Notes: generated by a model not told the origin, from the letters alone. A stretch of 64,000 bases of DNA from an uncultured Acidobacteriota bacterium (GCA_963702425.1 CAVPCQ010000018.1:96001-160000); one strand, 5' to 3'. Positions 29,730 through 43,209 are shown, counted from the first letter of the stretch. Program-made: numbers and translations.

Positions 29730-30479
29730 ATGCTGCTGTCCGGAAGAACTGCCGTCGTGACCGGGGCCAGCCGTGGGATCGGCGCGGCCACCGCGAGGGA
29801 GCTGGCGCGCCACGGGGCGACCGTGGGGGTGAACTACTTCAGGTCCGAGGCGGCCGCGCGCCAGGTGATCGCCGAGATCTCGGAAGAGGGGGGCCGGGCG
29901 GTGCCGCTGCCGGCTGACGTGCGCGACCCGGTCCAGGTGGAAGCGATGGCCCGGGCCGCCGAGCAGGCACTCGGTCCGATCGACACGCTGGTTCTCAACG
30001 CCGCGATCGGCTTTCCCATGGTGCCGTTCGTCGAGATCGGCTGGGAGGACTTCGAGGCCAAGCTGGTCGGGGAGCTGAAGGCGGCCTTCGTCTGCTGCAA
30101 GGCCTTCGTGCCGGGGATGCAGGCGATCCACCGCGGCTGCATCATCGCGATCTCGAGCGGCCTCTCGCGCACGCCGGGGTACGGGTTCTGCGCCCACTCG
30201 ACGGCGAAGTCGGGGCTCGACGCGTTCGCCCGGTCGCTGGCGCTCGAGCTGGGGCCGATGGGGATTCGCGTCAACGTGATCGCCCCCGGCCTGACCGTCA
30301 CCGACGCCACGACCGAGATCGTCGAGCGGCACGGGGCGGCGGTCGCGAAGCAGACGCCGCTGGGGCGGATCGCGATTCCCGAGGACGTCGCCGGCGCGGT
30401 GGCGCTCCTGGCCAGCGACGAGGCGCGATTCGTGACCGGGGCGTACCTGTCGACGGCGGGGGGGATCCAGATCCTTTAA
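29730..30479 (+). CDS. SDR family oxidoreductase (FabG-like)
   Basis: TGASRGIG, LVLNA, HSTAK in place of YxxxK, RVNVIAPG, PLGRIA.PEDVA. Confidence 0.9.
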   Translation: MLLSGRTAVVTGASRGIGAATARELARHGATVGVNYFRSEAAARQVIAEISEEGGRAVPLPADVRDPVQVEAMARAAEQALGPIDTLVLNAAIGFPMVPFVEIGWEDFEAKLVGELKAAFVCCKAFVPGMQAIHRGCIIAISSGLSRTPGYGFCAHSTAKSGLDAFARSLALELGPMGIRVNVIAPGLTVTDATTEIVERHGAAVAKQTPLGRIAIPEDVAGAVALLASDEARFVTGAYLSTAGGIQIL

Positions 30480-30518
30480 CTCCGGCCGGGCCGGCCTGCG
30501 CGCCGGCCGGCGCGGGCG

Positions 30519-32369
30519 TTACGGGCAGCGGTGCGCGTGCGGCCGCATCGCGGCGCCGCTGTCCTGTCCCAGCGCCGACTCCGCGAGCGGCACCTTCTGC
30601 CCGGGGACCTGCCCGTCCTCGTAGAGCCGGTACGCGGTCGCAAGGTAGAAGACGAGCGCGCCCGGCGCCGGGACGTACGCGTCGCCGATCGTGGCGCTGC
30701 CGTTCGCCTCGGCGACGCCGCAGAAGCGCGCGGCCGCCGGGACGGCGGCGGGATCCTGCGTGTACTCGCCGGTCGCGCGGAAGCGCGCCCAGTCGGAGCG
30801 GTAGAGGTCGAAGCGGTCGCGGGCCAGCGCGTCGTCGACGCGGAGCGCGTCGCGGCCGGCGAAGGCCAGCGCGATCCGGTCGGGGCGCGGCGCGATCACG
30901 AAAGGGCCGCTCACTGCGCTCGCCGACCCGCCGGCGGTCGAGACGGTCACGCGCAGTCGGAAGTCGTCGCCGCGCGCGGCCGGGACGCGCCACTGGAAGC
31001 GCCCGGTGTCGGGAAGAGCGTCGGCGACGATCGTCCACGGCCCGCCCGGGCCGGCGGTGGAGAGTTCGATCCGGACGCGCGACGGCACGCCGCCCGGGAC
31101 GGCCGACGCCCACTCCGCGAACGACGCGCTCCCGGCGAGCAGCCGGCGGTGCGGACCGGGACGGACGACGCGCACGGCGAGCGCGGCCGGTGTGGACGTC
31201 TCGCGGTAGCAGCGCACCCTGTTGCGCACGTTGAACGTGTCGATCTTCTGGGTCGTGGCGACGACGATGTCGGGCCGGCCGTTACGGTCGACGTCGCCGC
31301 CGGTGCGCAGCGCGTTGGCGTTCCCCGGTGTCTCCGGGAGGGTGACCTCCGTGGCGAGCGACCAGGCCGTCCCCGCCCCGTTGCCGGTGACGACGCGCAG
31401 CCTTCGCGTGCCGAGCGTGACCAGGTCGACGGCGCCGTCGCCGTCCATGTCGGAGAGCGCGGTCCGCTCGCAGCGGGCGTCGGTCGGCAGCCCCGTCGAC
31501 GCGGCGATCCACTGCCCGCCGGCGCGCCAGAGCCAGACCTGCGGGTTGCTGGTTGCGTCGCACCAGACGACGTCATCGTGGCCGTCGCCGTCGACGTCCC
31601 CCAGGCTCACCCCCTTTCGGCTGCCCCAGCCGCCGACCGGCGGCAGCGTTCCGTCGGCGGCGACGTAGAATCCTTCGCCGTCGCCGAGCCAGGCCGTCCC
31701 CTCCTCCTTCGAGACGCCGATGTCCGGCACGCCGTCGCCGTCGATCTCGCCGAAGCCGAGGACGTTCCCGGAGTTCCCCCCGATGAAGCCGAAGCTGCGG
31801 CGCCAGCGGCCGTTCCCGTCGTTGAGGTAGACGTGCAGCCCGTCCGACGCGCCGAAGCCGCCCGACCCGACGTCGAGCGAGCCGTCGGCGTCGACGTCGG
31901 CGAGGTCGGTCGAGAACATCCCCCAGCTCTGCCCCTCCAGCGCGAGGCCGTCGTCCCATGGCGTCCAGCCGACGCCGGTGCCGTCGCCGAGCGCGGCCTC
32001 CAGGATGTGATCGCCGAAGTCGGCCGAGCCGTAGTCGTGGTGCATCCCGTACGCGATGTCGGCCGTCCCGTCTCCGTCGAGATCGCCGACCGCGATCCCG
32101 CCGTAGCCGAGCTCCCCGGCGCGGCGGTAGGTCCAGCCGCCGCGGCCGTCGCCGAGCCACACCATGACCCCCTCTTCCTGGGCGCCGATCAGCGGGTTGC
32201 CGTGGTCGCCGATCGAGACCAGGTCGACGTACCCGTCGCCGTTCAGGTCGGCCATCTCGAACTCGGTGTTGCCCGACTCGAACGTCGGCGTGCCGAGCAG
32301 CCCCTGCGAGGAGTCGACGTAGGCGAGGCTGGCCGCGAGGAGCGCGGAGCCCAGGAGAGGCGGCAGCAT
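30519..32369 (-). CDS. FG-GAP/VCBS repeat protein with Ig-like domain and Cys-containing C-terminal domain
   Basis: Short hydrophobic N-terminus; ~7 DxDGDGxxD repeats; IELST..PGGPW Ig-like segment; C-terminus VFYL...LGQDS....R....CP. Confidence 0.8.
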   Translation of the reverse strand: MLPPLLGSALLAASLAYVDSSQGLLGTPTFESGNTEFEMADLNGDGYVDLVSIGDHGNPLIGAQEEGVMVWLGDGRGGWTYRRAGELGYGGIAVGDLDGDGTADIAYGMHHDYGSADFGDHILEAALGDGTGVGWTPWDDGLALEGQSWGMFSTDLADVDADGSLDVGSGGFGASDGLHVYLNDGNGRWRRSFGFIGGNSGNVLGFGEIDGDGVPDIGVSKEEGTAWLGDGEGFYVAADGTLPPVGGWGSRKGVSLGDVDGDGHDDVVWCDATSNPQVWLWRAGGQWIAASTGLPTDARCERTALSDMDGDGAVDLVTLGTRRLRVVTGNGAGTAWSLATEVTLPETPGNANALRTGGDVDRNGRPDIVVATTQKIDTFNVRNRVRCYRETSTPAALAVRVVRPGPHRRLLAGSASFAEWASAVPGGVPSRVRIELSTAGPGGPWTIVADALPDTGRFQWRVPAARGDDFRLRVTVSTAGGSASAVSGPFVIAPRPDRIALAFAGRDALRVDDALARDRFDLYRSDWARFRATGEYTQDPAAVPAAARFCGVAEANGSATIGDAYVPAPGALVFYLATAYRLYEDGQVPGQKVPLAESALGQDSGAAMRPHAHRCP

Positions 32370-32388
32370 GACGACCTCCGTGCCCCGG

Positions 32389-32398
32389 ATTGTACAAT
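32389..32398. promoter_or_regulatory. Palindromic, possibly bidirectional -10 element
   Basis: ATTGTACAAT gives TACAAT on both strands in a 35-bp gap between divergent genes. Confidence 0.5.
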
Positions 32399-32404
32399 GC
32401 CTGC

Positions 32405-33880
32405 GTGGATCGCCCGGTACTCAGCCTGTGCCTGATCGCGCGCGACGAAGAGGAGCACCTCGGGCGCTGCCTCGCCGCCGCCGCGCCGCTGGTGGACGAG
32501 ATCGTCGTCGCCGACACCGGCTCGACCGATCGCACGCGCGAGGTCGCCGTCGCGTACGGCGCGCGCGTCGTCGACGTTCCCTGGCGCGACGACTTCGCCG
32601 CCGCGCGCAACGCGTGCCTCGGCGCCGCGACCGGCGCATGGGTCCTCGTGCTCGACGCCGACGAGACGCTGCAGCCGTCGCCGCGCGACGCGCTCGCAGC
32701 GCGCCTCGGCGACCCCGCCGCGCTCGCCTACACGGTCGAGCTGATCTCCGACCACGGCGGCGGACGCGTCGAGACGGCCCACCTGGCGCGGCTGTTCCGC
32801 AACTGCGAGGAACTGCGCTACGAGGGGCGGGTCCACGAGCAGATCCTCCCCGCGCTCTGCCGCGCGCTGGGGCGCGAGACCTGGCTTCCGCCGCGCTCGG
32901 GCCTCGTGGCGACGCACGACGGCTACCGCCCCGAGGTCCGCGCCGCGCGCGGCAAGCTCGAGCGCAACCTGCGCCTGCTGCGCGCCGAGATCGCGGCGCG
33001 CCCGGACGACCCCGGCCCGCGCTTCTTCCTGGCGCGCGAGCTGACGCCGCGCGCGGGGGGGACGCGCTCGACATGCCCGAGGCGCGCGAGGCGCTCGCCG
33101 TCGTGCGGCCGGCCGCGGAGGCGCTCGTGAGCGCAGCCCCGCGCGGCCTGATCGATCCGCTGCTCGCGCTGGCGGCGGAGCTGGCGCTGACCTGCGGCGA
33201 CGAGGCCGCCGCGCGGCGCTGGCTCGACGCGCTGGCCGCGGCGCTGGGCGAGACGAGGCGCTGGTGCTTCGTCGCGGGGAGCCTCGCGCTGGCGCGGGCC
33301 GCGCGGGTCGACTGCGAGCGGGGCGGTGACGGGGAGGCCGGCGGGGAGGCCGGGCGCGCGGCTCGCGAAGCGCTGGCGCTCTTCGAGCGGGCGGCGCGTG
33401 CACCGGAGGGCGCGGAGGCGCTCCCGACCGATCCGCGCCTGGGCGGAGCGTGGGCCGCCGCGCGCGCCGCGGCCGCGGCGATCGTCGCGGGCGACGCGGC
33501 CGCCGCCGCGGCGCACCGCGCGCGGCTTGCACCCGGCCCGGCTGGCGCGGGTGACGCCGGCGATGCGCGGCCCGCCGGCGATCCTCGGCGCCGCGACCGA
33601 GCTGCGGCTGATCGACGCCTGGGCCGCGCGCCGCGCCGGCCGCGTCGGGCCCGCGCTCGAGCTGCTCGGCGCGGCGGTCAAGGCCGACCCGGGCGATCCG
33701 CGCGCGTGGTGGGGGCTGGGCTGCCTGATGGCCGACGCCGGCCAGCCCGACGGCGGCGCGCGCATGGCGCTCACCGCGCTGCGTGCCGCCCCCGGCTGGG
33801 CCGCCGCCGCGTCCCTCGCGCGCGGCGCCGCTGCGCCCCCGCCGTCCGGCCTGCTCGCGCTCTGGACGGCGTTGCGCTGA
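32405..33880 (+). CDS. Glycosyltransferase family 2 with TPR-like C-terminus (frameshifts near 33060 and 33560)
   Basis: LSLCLIARDEE, DTGSTD, DFAAARN, LDADE, YEGRVHEQ, HDGY; downstream frames give Ala-rich TPR-like helices. Confidence 0.75.
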
Positions 33881-33935
33881 ACGGAAGGATGCGCGCGGGG
33901 CGCTGCGTCGCGCGCGCGCGGGCGCGGGCGCTTGG

Positions 33936-35891
33936 CTACGGGCAGCCGGCCCGCTGCTGCGGCGCGCACGGGCTGGCCGAAGGCGCCCGCTCGGTCCCGT
34001 CGCTCTTGCGCCCGTAGGAACCCTCGCGCCCGCCCGACAAGGGGACGACCAGGTAGAACCGGCTGCCCGCGGCAGGGGTCAGCGTGAGCTGCGTCGCGCC
34101 GCCGCTCGAGCAGGCCTTCGGCAGCGCACTGGCCGGGTTGCCGAGCTCCCCCTCGTAGGTCGCGTAGTCGGTCGCCGCGCCGCACGCCGTGGACCAGTCG
34201 AGCGTAATGTCGCCGCCGCCGCGCGTGACCAGCATCGGGCTGCCCGTGACGGTGCGGCCGTCGGGGACCGCGCCGGCGCCGCCGGCCGCCGGGGCCGCCG
34301 CGCCGTAGACGTCGACCGAGTCGGTCGCGCCGCCGGTCTCGTTGCGGTTGTCGGTGAAGATCGCGAGCAGGTTGTTGCCGATCACGTCGAGCCCGTTGTA
34401 GTCGCCCCACTCGAAGCCGTCGCCGATGTTCGGCGACTGGACGCTGGTCAGGCGCTGGGGCGTGGACCAGGTGACCGCGCCGTCGCTGGACGAGGCGTAG
34501 AAGATGTCGACCGAGTTGCGGGTCGGATCGCGCCGCGTGTCGTAGAAGATGACGTGGACCGTGCCGTCCTGCCCGACGGCCAGCCAGGGGTGGTAGCGAT
34601 CGACTGTCAGCTGGTCGGCTGTCTCGTGCGGGGTCGAAACCTGCCAGGTCGCGCCGCCGTCGCGCGAGCGCGCGACCTGGATCCGGCCGTGGTTCTGCGC
34701 GGCGGTCGCGTTGTCGGCGTTGACGTTGTCGGTCCAGGCCGCGTAGATGCTGCCGGCGAACGGCCCGTTCCCGGTGTCGGCCTCGGCCGAGACGTAGATG
34801 AAGGTGCGCCGACTCTCCATCGACGGCAGCGGGAAGTCGTACGAGCCCTGCGTCGGGGCGACGACCGTCGAGGTCGCGCTCCAGGTCACGCCGCCGTCGG
34901 TCGACTTGCGCATCCGGATCGTGCGGCTGTTGACGCCGGGCCAGACGTAGTAGACGGCGCCGTTCGGGCCGCTGGTGATGTCCGAGCCGATTCCCAGCTC
35001 CTCCGACGCTCCCGGGAAGGTCCCGGTCGTGAAGGTGTTCCCCTGATCGGCCGAGCGCGCCCACTTCTGGACGTTGCTCTCGTGCCAGGCGACGTAGATC
35101 CGTCCCTTGAACGGCGAGGCTGCCGCCTTGTCGACGTGCAGATACTCCTTATCGACGTTGTTGCCGAATTCGCGGCGCGGATCGCCGGGCGTCACGCTCT
35201 CGAGGCTGTTCCAGGTTTGGCCGCCGTCGGCCGAGCGGTAGAAGTAGACCTGGCAGCCGATGGAGAAGCAGGAGGCCAGCGTCGTGGTATAGGCGAAGGC
35301 GCCGTCGGCCGACCAGTCGACGGACGGGTCGCCGGCGGTGTTCCCGAGCGGCAGGAAGACCCGGGTCCAGCTGCTGCCGCCGTCGGTCGACCACCACATC
35401 CCCTGGCCGGAGCCGGGGCCGTTCGTGCCGGCGATCACCTTGCTCGGGTCGGTCGGGTGGAACTTGATCGCCGATTCGGCCGCACCGGTCGGGGAGGTCA
35501 GCCGCACCTCGCCCGCCAGCGCGTCGGTGCCGGGCGCGAAGCTCTCCTCCGCGATCCCGTCCTTCAGCACGACCTCGAAGTGCGAGTCGCTCCAGGCGAC
35601 CTCGCGGTAGAGCTTGCCGTTCACGAGGTAGCCGCCGTAGGCGGTGCGGAAGCGGTGGAGCGTGTGGCGCGGGTACTGGGCCTCGCCGGTGCGCGGCAGG
35701 TCGGGAAGCGCCTGCCGCAGCCTCACGCGGTAGAAGGCCGGGATCGCGACATGCTGCTCGCGCTCGCCCGGCGGCAGGACCGCCAGCTCCTCGAGCGTCA
35801 GCTCGTAGTTGCGGTCGTCCCACGGCCCCAGCGCCAGCAGCGCGGCGTAGTCGACCCGCGCATCGACGCCGCGGGACCGCTCGACGGCCAC
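33936..35891 (-). CDS. Secreted BNR/Asp-box (sialidase-like) beta-propeller protein with Cys-containing C-terminal domain
   Basis: Repeated SxDGGxTW Asp boxes, DKE, GDYNGL; an in-frame signal peptide (GALLALLLLLPILPAAAQ) lies upstream to ~35987, so the true start is uncertain. Confidence 0.8.
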   Translation of the reverse strand: MAVERSRGVDARVDYAALLALGPWDDRNYELTLEELAVLPPGEREQHVAIPAFYRVRLRQALPDLPRTGEAQYPRHTLHRFRTAYGGYLVNGKLYREVAWSDSHFEVVLKDGIAEESFAPGTDALAGEVRLTSPTGAAESAIKFHPTDPSKVIAGTNGPGSGQGMWWSTDGGSSWTRVFLPLGNTAGDPSVDWSADGAFAYTTTLASCFSIGCQVYFYRSADGGQTWNSLESVTPGDPRREFGNNVDKEYLHVDKAAASPFKGRIYVAWHESNVQKWARSADQGNTFTTGTFPGASEELGIGSDITSGPNGAVYYVWPGVNSRTIRMRKSTDGGVTWSATSTVVAPTQGSYDFPLPSMESRRTFIYVSAEADTGNGPFAGSIYAAWTDNVNADNATAAQNHGRIQVARSRDGGATWQVSTPHETADQLTVDRYHPWLAVGQDGTVHVIFYDTRRDPTRNSVDIFYASSSDGAVTWSTPQRLTSVQSPNIGDGFEWGDYNGLDVIGNNLLAIFTDNRNETGGATDSVDVYGAAAPAAGGAGAVPDGRTVTGSPMLVTRGGGDITLDWSTACGAATDYATYEGELGNPASALPKACSSGGATQLTLTPAAGSRFYLVVPLSGGREGSYGRKSDGTERAPSASPCAPQQRAGCP

Positions 35892-36257
35892 GGTGCGGGC
35901 CGGGTCGACGAAGGTCTGGGCCGCAGCGGGCAGGATCGGGAGGAGCAGGAGCAGGGCGAGCAGCGCGCCCTTGCCCGCCGCCAGCCATCATCCGGTGCGC
36001 CCGCCTGCTGCGCGGTTGCGCTCGATCTCGTTGGCATCGAATCCATGGGCATCGCCTTCGTGCGCGGGTCCCCACCCGGAGCCGCGGATCCTGCCCCGGG
36101 GAGGACGGGGCCGCAAGCCGGGAAGTCACGGGCGCGGCGCCCGCCCCGCACCCTCCCGCGGAACTTTCCACGCAGCGTCCGGTCTGAAGGGGGTGCCGGT
36201 GGCGCCGGTTCGACCGACGCTCCCATTGCCCGGACCCCGGGCAGAAGGAGGCCCGTG

Positions 36258-38138
36258 ATGCGAAGCTCCGGCATCGTCCTCCCGCTCGCCGTGATCGCCC
36301 TGCTCGGCTGCTCGCCCCAGGACGCTCCCAGCCCGCCGTCCCTTCCGGACGCCGGGCCCGCGATCGCGGCACCTGTCCCGCCACCGCCACCGCCTCCTCC
36401 TCCTCCTCCCGCCAATCCCGCCGCCGCCGCGAAGCAGCGCCCTGCCGCGCTCCGCGACGGGAAGCTCGAGATCGACGGCGTGAATGGCGGCGTCGAGGCA
36501 GGCGTCGCGGGGGACGTTCCCGGCGGCGTGATCGGCGGCGTGCCCGGAGGCGTGCCCGGTGGCCGCGCGCGCGGCGTGCCGAGCCGGTTCCAGAGCTTCT
36601 CGGAGACGGTCTCCTTCGAAACCAGGGTCGCCAAGGCCTCGCAGACCCTGACCCGCGAGTACATCCTGACGCTTCCCCCCGGGGAGGGCGAAGCCGCCGG
36701 CCTCGAGACCGAGAACTACGCGCGCCGCGTCGACGCCGACTTCCGGTCGGTCACGCGCGACCCGCTCTCCACCTTCTCGATCGACGTCGACACGGCGTCG
36801 TACGCCAACGTGCGGCGCTACCTGACGGAGGGGGCGCGACCGCCGGCCGACGCGGTGCGGATCGAGGAGCTGCTCAACTACTTCGTCTACGACGACCCGC
36901 TCCCGGCCGCGGGCGAGCCGTTCTCGGTCACGACGGAAGTCGCTGCCTGCCCGTGGAACGCGGCGCATCGCCTGATGCGTGTCGCGTTGCGCGCGGTCCC
37001 GGTGCAGTTCGCCGGGCGCCGTCCCGGCCATTACGTCTTCCTGGTCGACGTCTCGGGCTCGATGGACGAGCCGGACAAGCTGCCGCTCGTGCAGTCGGCG
37101 ATGAAGCTGCTGGCCGGGCAGCTCACCGGGCAGGACCGCGTGTCGGTCGTCGTCTACGCCGGGGCGGCGGGGGTGGTTCTCGCGCCGACCGCCGGCGCCG
37201 ACCGGACCGCGCTCGAGGGGGCGATCGACAACCTGCAGGCCGGCGGCTCGACCGCCGGCGGCGAGGGAATCCGCCTGGCCTACGACATCGCGCGCGAGAA
37301 CTTCGTCCAGGGCGGGATCAACCGCGTGATCCTCGCCACCGACGGCGACTTCAATGTCGGCGTCAGCAGCGAGGGGGAGCTGACGCGGCTGATCGAGGAG
37401 CAGGCGAAGAGTGGCGTCTTCCTCACGGTGCTGGGGTTCGGTACCGGCAACCTGCAGGACGCCAAGATGGAGGCGCTGGCCGACCGCGGCAACGGGCAGT
37501 TCGCCTACATCGACTCCGAGATCGAGGCGCGCCGCGCGCTGGTTCAGCAGGCCGGCGGGACGCTCGTCACCGTCGCCAAGGACGTCAAGATCCAGGTCGA
37601 GTTCAACCCGGCGGAGGTCGCCTCGTACCGGCTGATCGGCTACGAGAACCGGCTGCTCGCGGCCGAGGACTTCCGCGACGACACCAAGGACGCGGGCGAG
37701 ATCGGCGCCGGCCACTCGGTCGTCGCGCTCTACGAGATCGTGCCGCCCGCAGCCGAGCCCGCGGTGCAGCGGCCGGTCGACCCGCTCAAGTACCAGGCGG
37801 TCAGGCCGGCCGAGGCCAGCGCCAGCGGCGAGCTGGCGACCGTGAAGCTGCGCTTCAAGGCTCCCGACGGGGCGACCAGCGTCGAGCGCGCTTTCGTCGT
37901 GCGCGACGACGGGCGCGGCGCCGGCGAGGCGACGACCGAGCTGAGGTTCGCGGCCTCGGTGGCGGCGTTCGGGATGGTGCTGCGCGACTCGCCGCACCGC
38001 GGCGCGGCGTCGATCGCCATGGTCCGGCAGCTGGCCCAGGCCGGGCTGGCGTATGACCCGGACGGCCAGCGGGCCGGGTTCCTGCAGCTCGTCGACCGCG
38101 CGGGCACGGTGATCGGGACGCCGGTCGCCGGGCGTTAG
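36258..38138 (+). CDS. VWA-domain lipoprotein, YfbK/DUF3520 type
   Basis: Lipobox LLGC, Pro-rich linker, PLSTFSIDVDTASY, DVSGSM MIDAS, TDGDFNVG, YRLIGYENR. Confidence 0.9.
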   Translation: MRSSGIVLPLAVIALLGCSPQDAPSPPSLPDAGPAIAAPVPPPPPPPPPPPANPAAAAKQRPAALRDGKLEIDGVNGGVEAGVAGDVPGGVIGGVPGGVPGGRARGVPSRFQSFSETVSFETRVAKASQTLTREYILTLPPGEGEAAGLETENYARRVDADFRSVTRDPLSTFSIDVDTASYANVRRYLTEGARPPADAVRIEELLNYFVYDDPLPAAGEPFSVTTEVAACPWNAAHRLMRVALRAVPVQFAGRRPGHYVFLVDVSGSMDEPDKLPLVQSAMKLLAGQLTGQDRVSVVVYAGAAGVVLAPTAGADRTALEGAIDNLQAGGSTAGGEGIRLAYDIARENFVQGGINRVILATDGDFNVGVSSEGELTRLIEEQAKSGVFLTVLGFGTGNLQDAKMEALADRGNGQFAYIDSEIEARRALVQQAGGTLVTVAKDVKIQVEFNPAEVASYRLIGYENRLLAAEDFRDDTKDAGEIGAGHSVVALYEIVPPAAEPAVQRPVDPLKYQAVRPAEASASGELATVKLRFKAPDGATSVERAFVVRDDGRGAGEATTELRFAASVAAFGMVLRDSPHRGAASIAMVRQLAQAGLAYDPDGQRAGFLQLVDRAGTVIGTPVAGR

Positions 38139-38231
38139 GTCTCGCGGGGAAGCGGGGCGCGGGGTCCGGGCCCGCGCCCCGCGTCCCGGGCTGCGCCCCG
38201 CGTCGCCGGCTCGGGTAGACTCGCTGCCGCG

Positions 38232-39659
<1,428 letters not shown>

Positions 39660-39825
39660 ACCCGAGCCGTTCGGCCGCGGCACGGACACCGCACCACCGC
39701 CACATTCGGCTGGGACGTCGCGCGCCGTCGCCGTACAACTTGGATCGTGAGGGCCGGAGGCCCGGCCCTCTACGACACGAACCGGGTTGCGGCGGCGACG
39801 GGTGTTTCGTCGGGGCCCGGGAGTT

Positions 39826-39890
39826 GACGACGGCGAAGGCGGGGACAGGGCATGCTCGATCGGGCAACCCGCCTTCGTCGTCGTTCTTTT
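39826..39890 (+). terminator. Long intrinsic terminator hairpin
   Basis: 18-bp stem GACGACGGCGAAGGCGGG / CCCGCCTTCGTCGTCGTT (two G-U pairs) followed by CTTTT. Confidence 0.6.
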
Positions 39891-39899
39891 CTATCCGGA

Positions 39900-41439
39900 C
39901 TAGTCTCCGCGGCGCGGCGCGCGGCCCGGCAGGTCGACGACCATGCGGAGCCCGCCGTCGGGGGGCAGTTCGGCCCAGATCGAGCCTCCGTGCCGCTCGA
40001 CGATCTGCCGGCAGAGCGGAAGCCCCAGGCCGGTCCCGGTCGGCGCTTCCTCGACGTTGATCCGGCCGCGGAAGAACGGGTCGAAGATCCGCTCGAGGTC
40101 GTGCGGCGCCACGCCCGGACCCCAGTCGCGGACCGCGAGGCGTGCCCCCTCCGGCGGCCGGCCGCAGGCTGACGCGCACCCCCCGCGCCGACTGGCCGTG
40201 GACCACGGCGTTGTGGACGAGCTGGCGCAGCAGCCGCCCCACCTGCGGCGGATCGATCCAGGCCTCGACCGGCTGCGGCGGGAGGTCGGCCTCGATCACG
40301 ACGTTCTCCTCGGCGAAGGTGCCGAGCGTTTCGCGCACCAGCGCGACGATGTCGGCCTGGCGCGGGGCGACGACGACGCGGCCAGAGTCCATCTGCGCGA
40401 CCTCGAGCAGCCCCTCGATCAGCGCGCCGAGGCGCCGCGTCTCGGTCATCGTGATCGTGCAGAACTCGTGGCGCAGGTCGGCTGGGAGCGCCCGGTCGAG
40501 CATCGTCTCGACGAACCCGTGGATCGAGGCCAGCGGCGTGCGCAGCTCGTGGCTGACCTGGGCCATGAAGTCCGAGCGCCGGCGATCGGGCTCGGCGCGT
40601 GAGGTCAGGTCGCGCACGAGCAACGCGCTGGCGAGTGACGTGCCGCGCGGGGCGCGGACGCGGAACAGGCGCAGCAGCAGCGAGCGGGCTGAGCCGTCCA
40701 GCGTCACGCGCGCGGTCTGCGTCGAGGCCCCCTGGCCGCCGGCGAGGAACGCGAGCCAGGCGCCACGCACCCCGGAGGGCAGCGGCAGCTCCGCCAGTCC
40801 GCGGCCGTGGGTCGCGCTCTGGTTGAGGCCGAACAGCGCGAGCGCGGCGGCGTTGGCCAGCACGAGCCGCTCGGCGTCGTCGACGACCAGTACACCGTCG
40901 TCGAGCATCTCCGTCGTGGCGCGCAGGATCTCGCGCTCGCGTGTCGCCAGCTCGGCCTTGACCGCGACCTCCACCTGGCAGCGCTGGCGCTCGGTCTGGT
41001 CGGCGAGCATGACGAGGCGCTCGGCGCCGGCCGGGGCCCCCTCCATCACCTGGACCCGCAGCTCGCACGGGAACGACATCCCCTCGCGGCTGAAGGCGGT
41101 CATCTCGAGCGTGCCGGTCCCGGCCCGCACCACCTCGAGGACGCGCACTCCCTCGGCCTGTGCCGCGTAGGGCCCGGCAATCACCGACAACAGTTGCCCG
41201 CGCACGGTCGCGGCCGGGATCGAGAAACGGTCCTCGAAGGCGCGGTTCGTCCAGTGGATCCGCCCCCCTTCGTCGGACAGCACGACGCAGTCGGGCAGAG
41301 CGTCCAACACCTGCTCGAGCATCAGCGCCTGCTCGTCGCTGGCCGCGTGCGGAGCGAGGATCGGCACCGGCCCGCGACGCGTGCGACGCGTGCTGCCGCT
41401 CGCCGTTTCTCGCTGGAAGTCGATGAGGCCGGTACCCAT
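39900..41439 (-). CDS. Cytoplasmic PAS-PAS sensor histidine kinase (frameshift near 40150)
   Basis: Two PAS domains, SHELRTPL, LVHNAV; after the shift DWGPG, IFDPFFR, GTGLGL. Confidence 0.85.
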
Positions 41440-41721
41440 ATGTCGCTCCCCGCGGCCGGACGGCCGTTTCGGTGAGTCAGTGAGCAAGAGCCATTCCAGC
41501 GAAGAGCGCGATGACCTGGGATGCCACGCGGGCCAGGGCGAACACGGGCGGCTCAAGGAAGCCCCCCGCCGAGCCCGAACGGATCGGATCAGTGCCCCGC
41601 TTCGGGGCGCCCGGACGTCCCAAGCTGGCACACCGCCCGCCGGGATCCATATTCGGCCGTGAGCGGCGGCCGGGTTGCCGCACGGGGAGTTGGCGCGATG
41701 CGGGACACGACGAGGACGGGA

Positions 41722-43142
<1,421 letters not shown>

Positions 43143-43146
<4 letters not shown>

Positions 43147-43209
43147 GGGCCGGCCTCTGTGCCGGCCCGCCCAATCGCGCCGGCCCGCCCGATCGCGCCG
43201 GCCCGCCCC
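43143..43209 (+). repeat. GTAG-type REP element followed by an 18-bp tandem repeat
   Basis: GTAGGGGCCGGCCTCTGTGCCGGCCCGC, identical at 46381; then GCCGGCCCGCCCRATCGC units. Confidence 0.7.

Noticed and set aside
33783-36257. Long N-terminal extension of the VWA protein
   Set aside because: Antisense to the sialidase-like gene; the real start with RBS and lipobox is at 36258
36376-36412. CCN trinucleotide run
   Set aside because: Simply encodes the poly-Pro linker of the VWA lipoprotein
41626-41640. Sigma-54 promoter TGGCAC..GC upstream of the response regulator
   Set aside because: Spacing is right but the -12 lacks TTGC; GG-N10-GC is frequent by chance at this GC content
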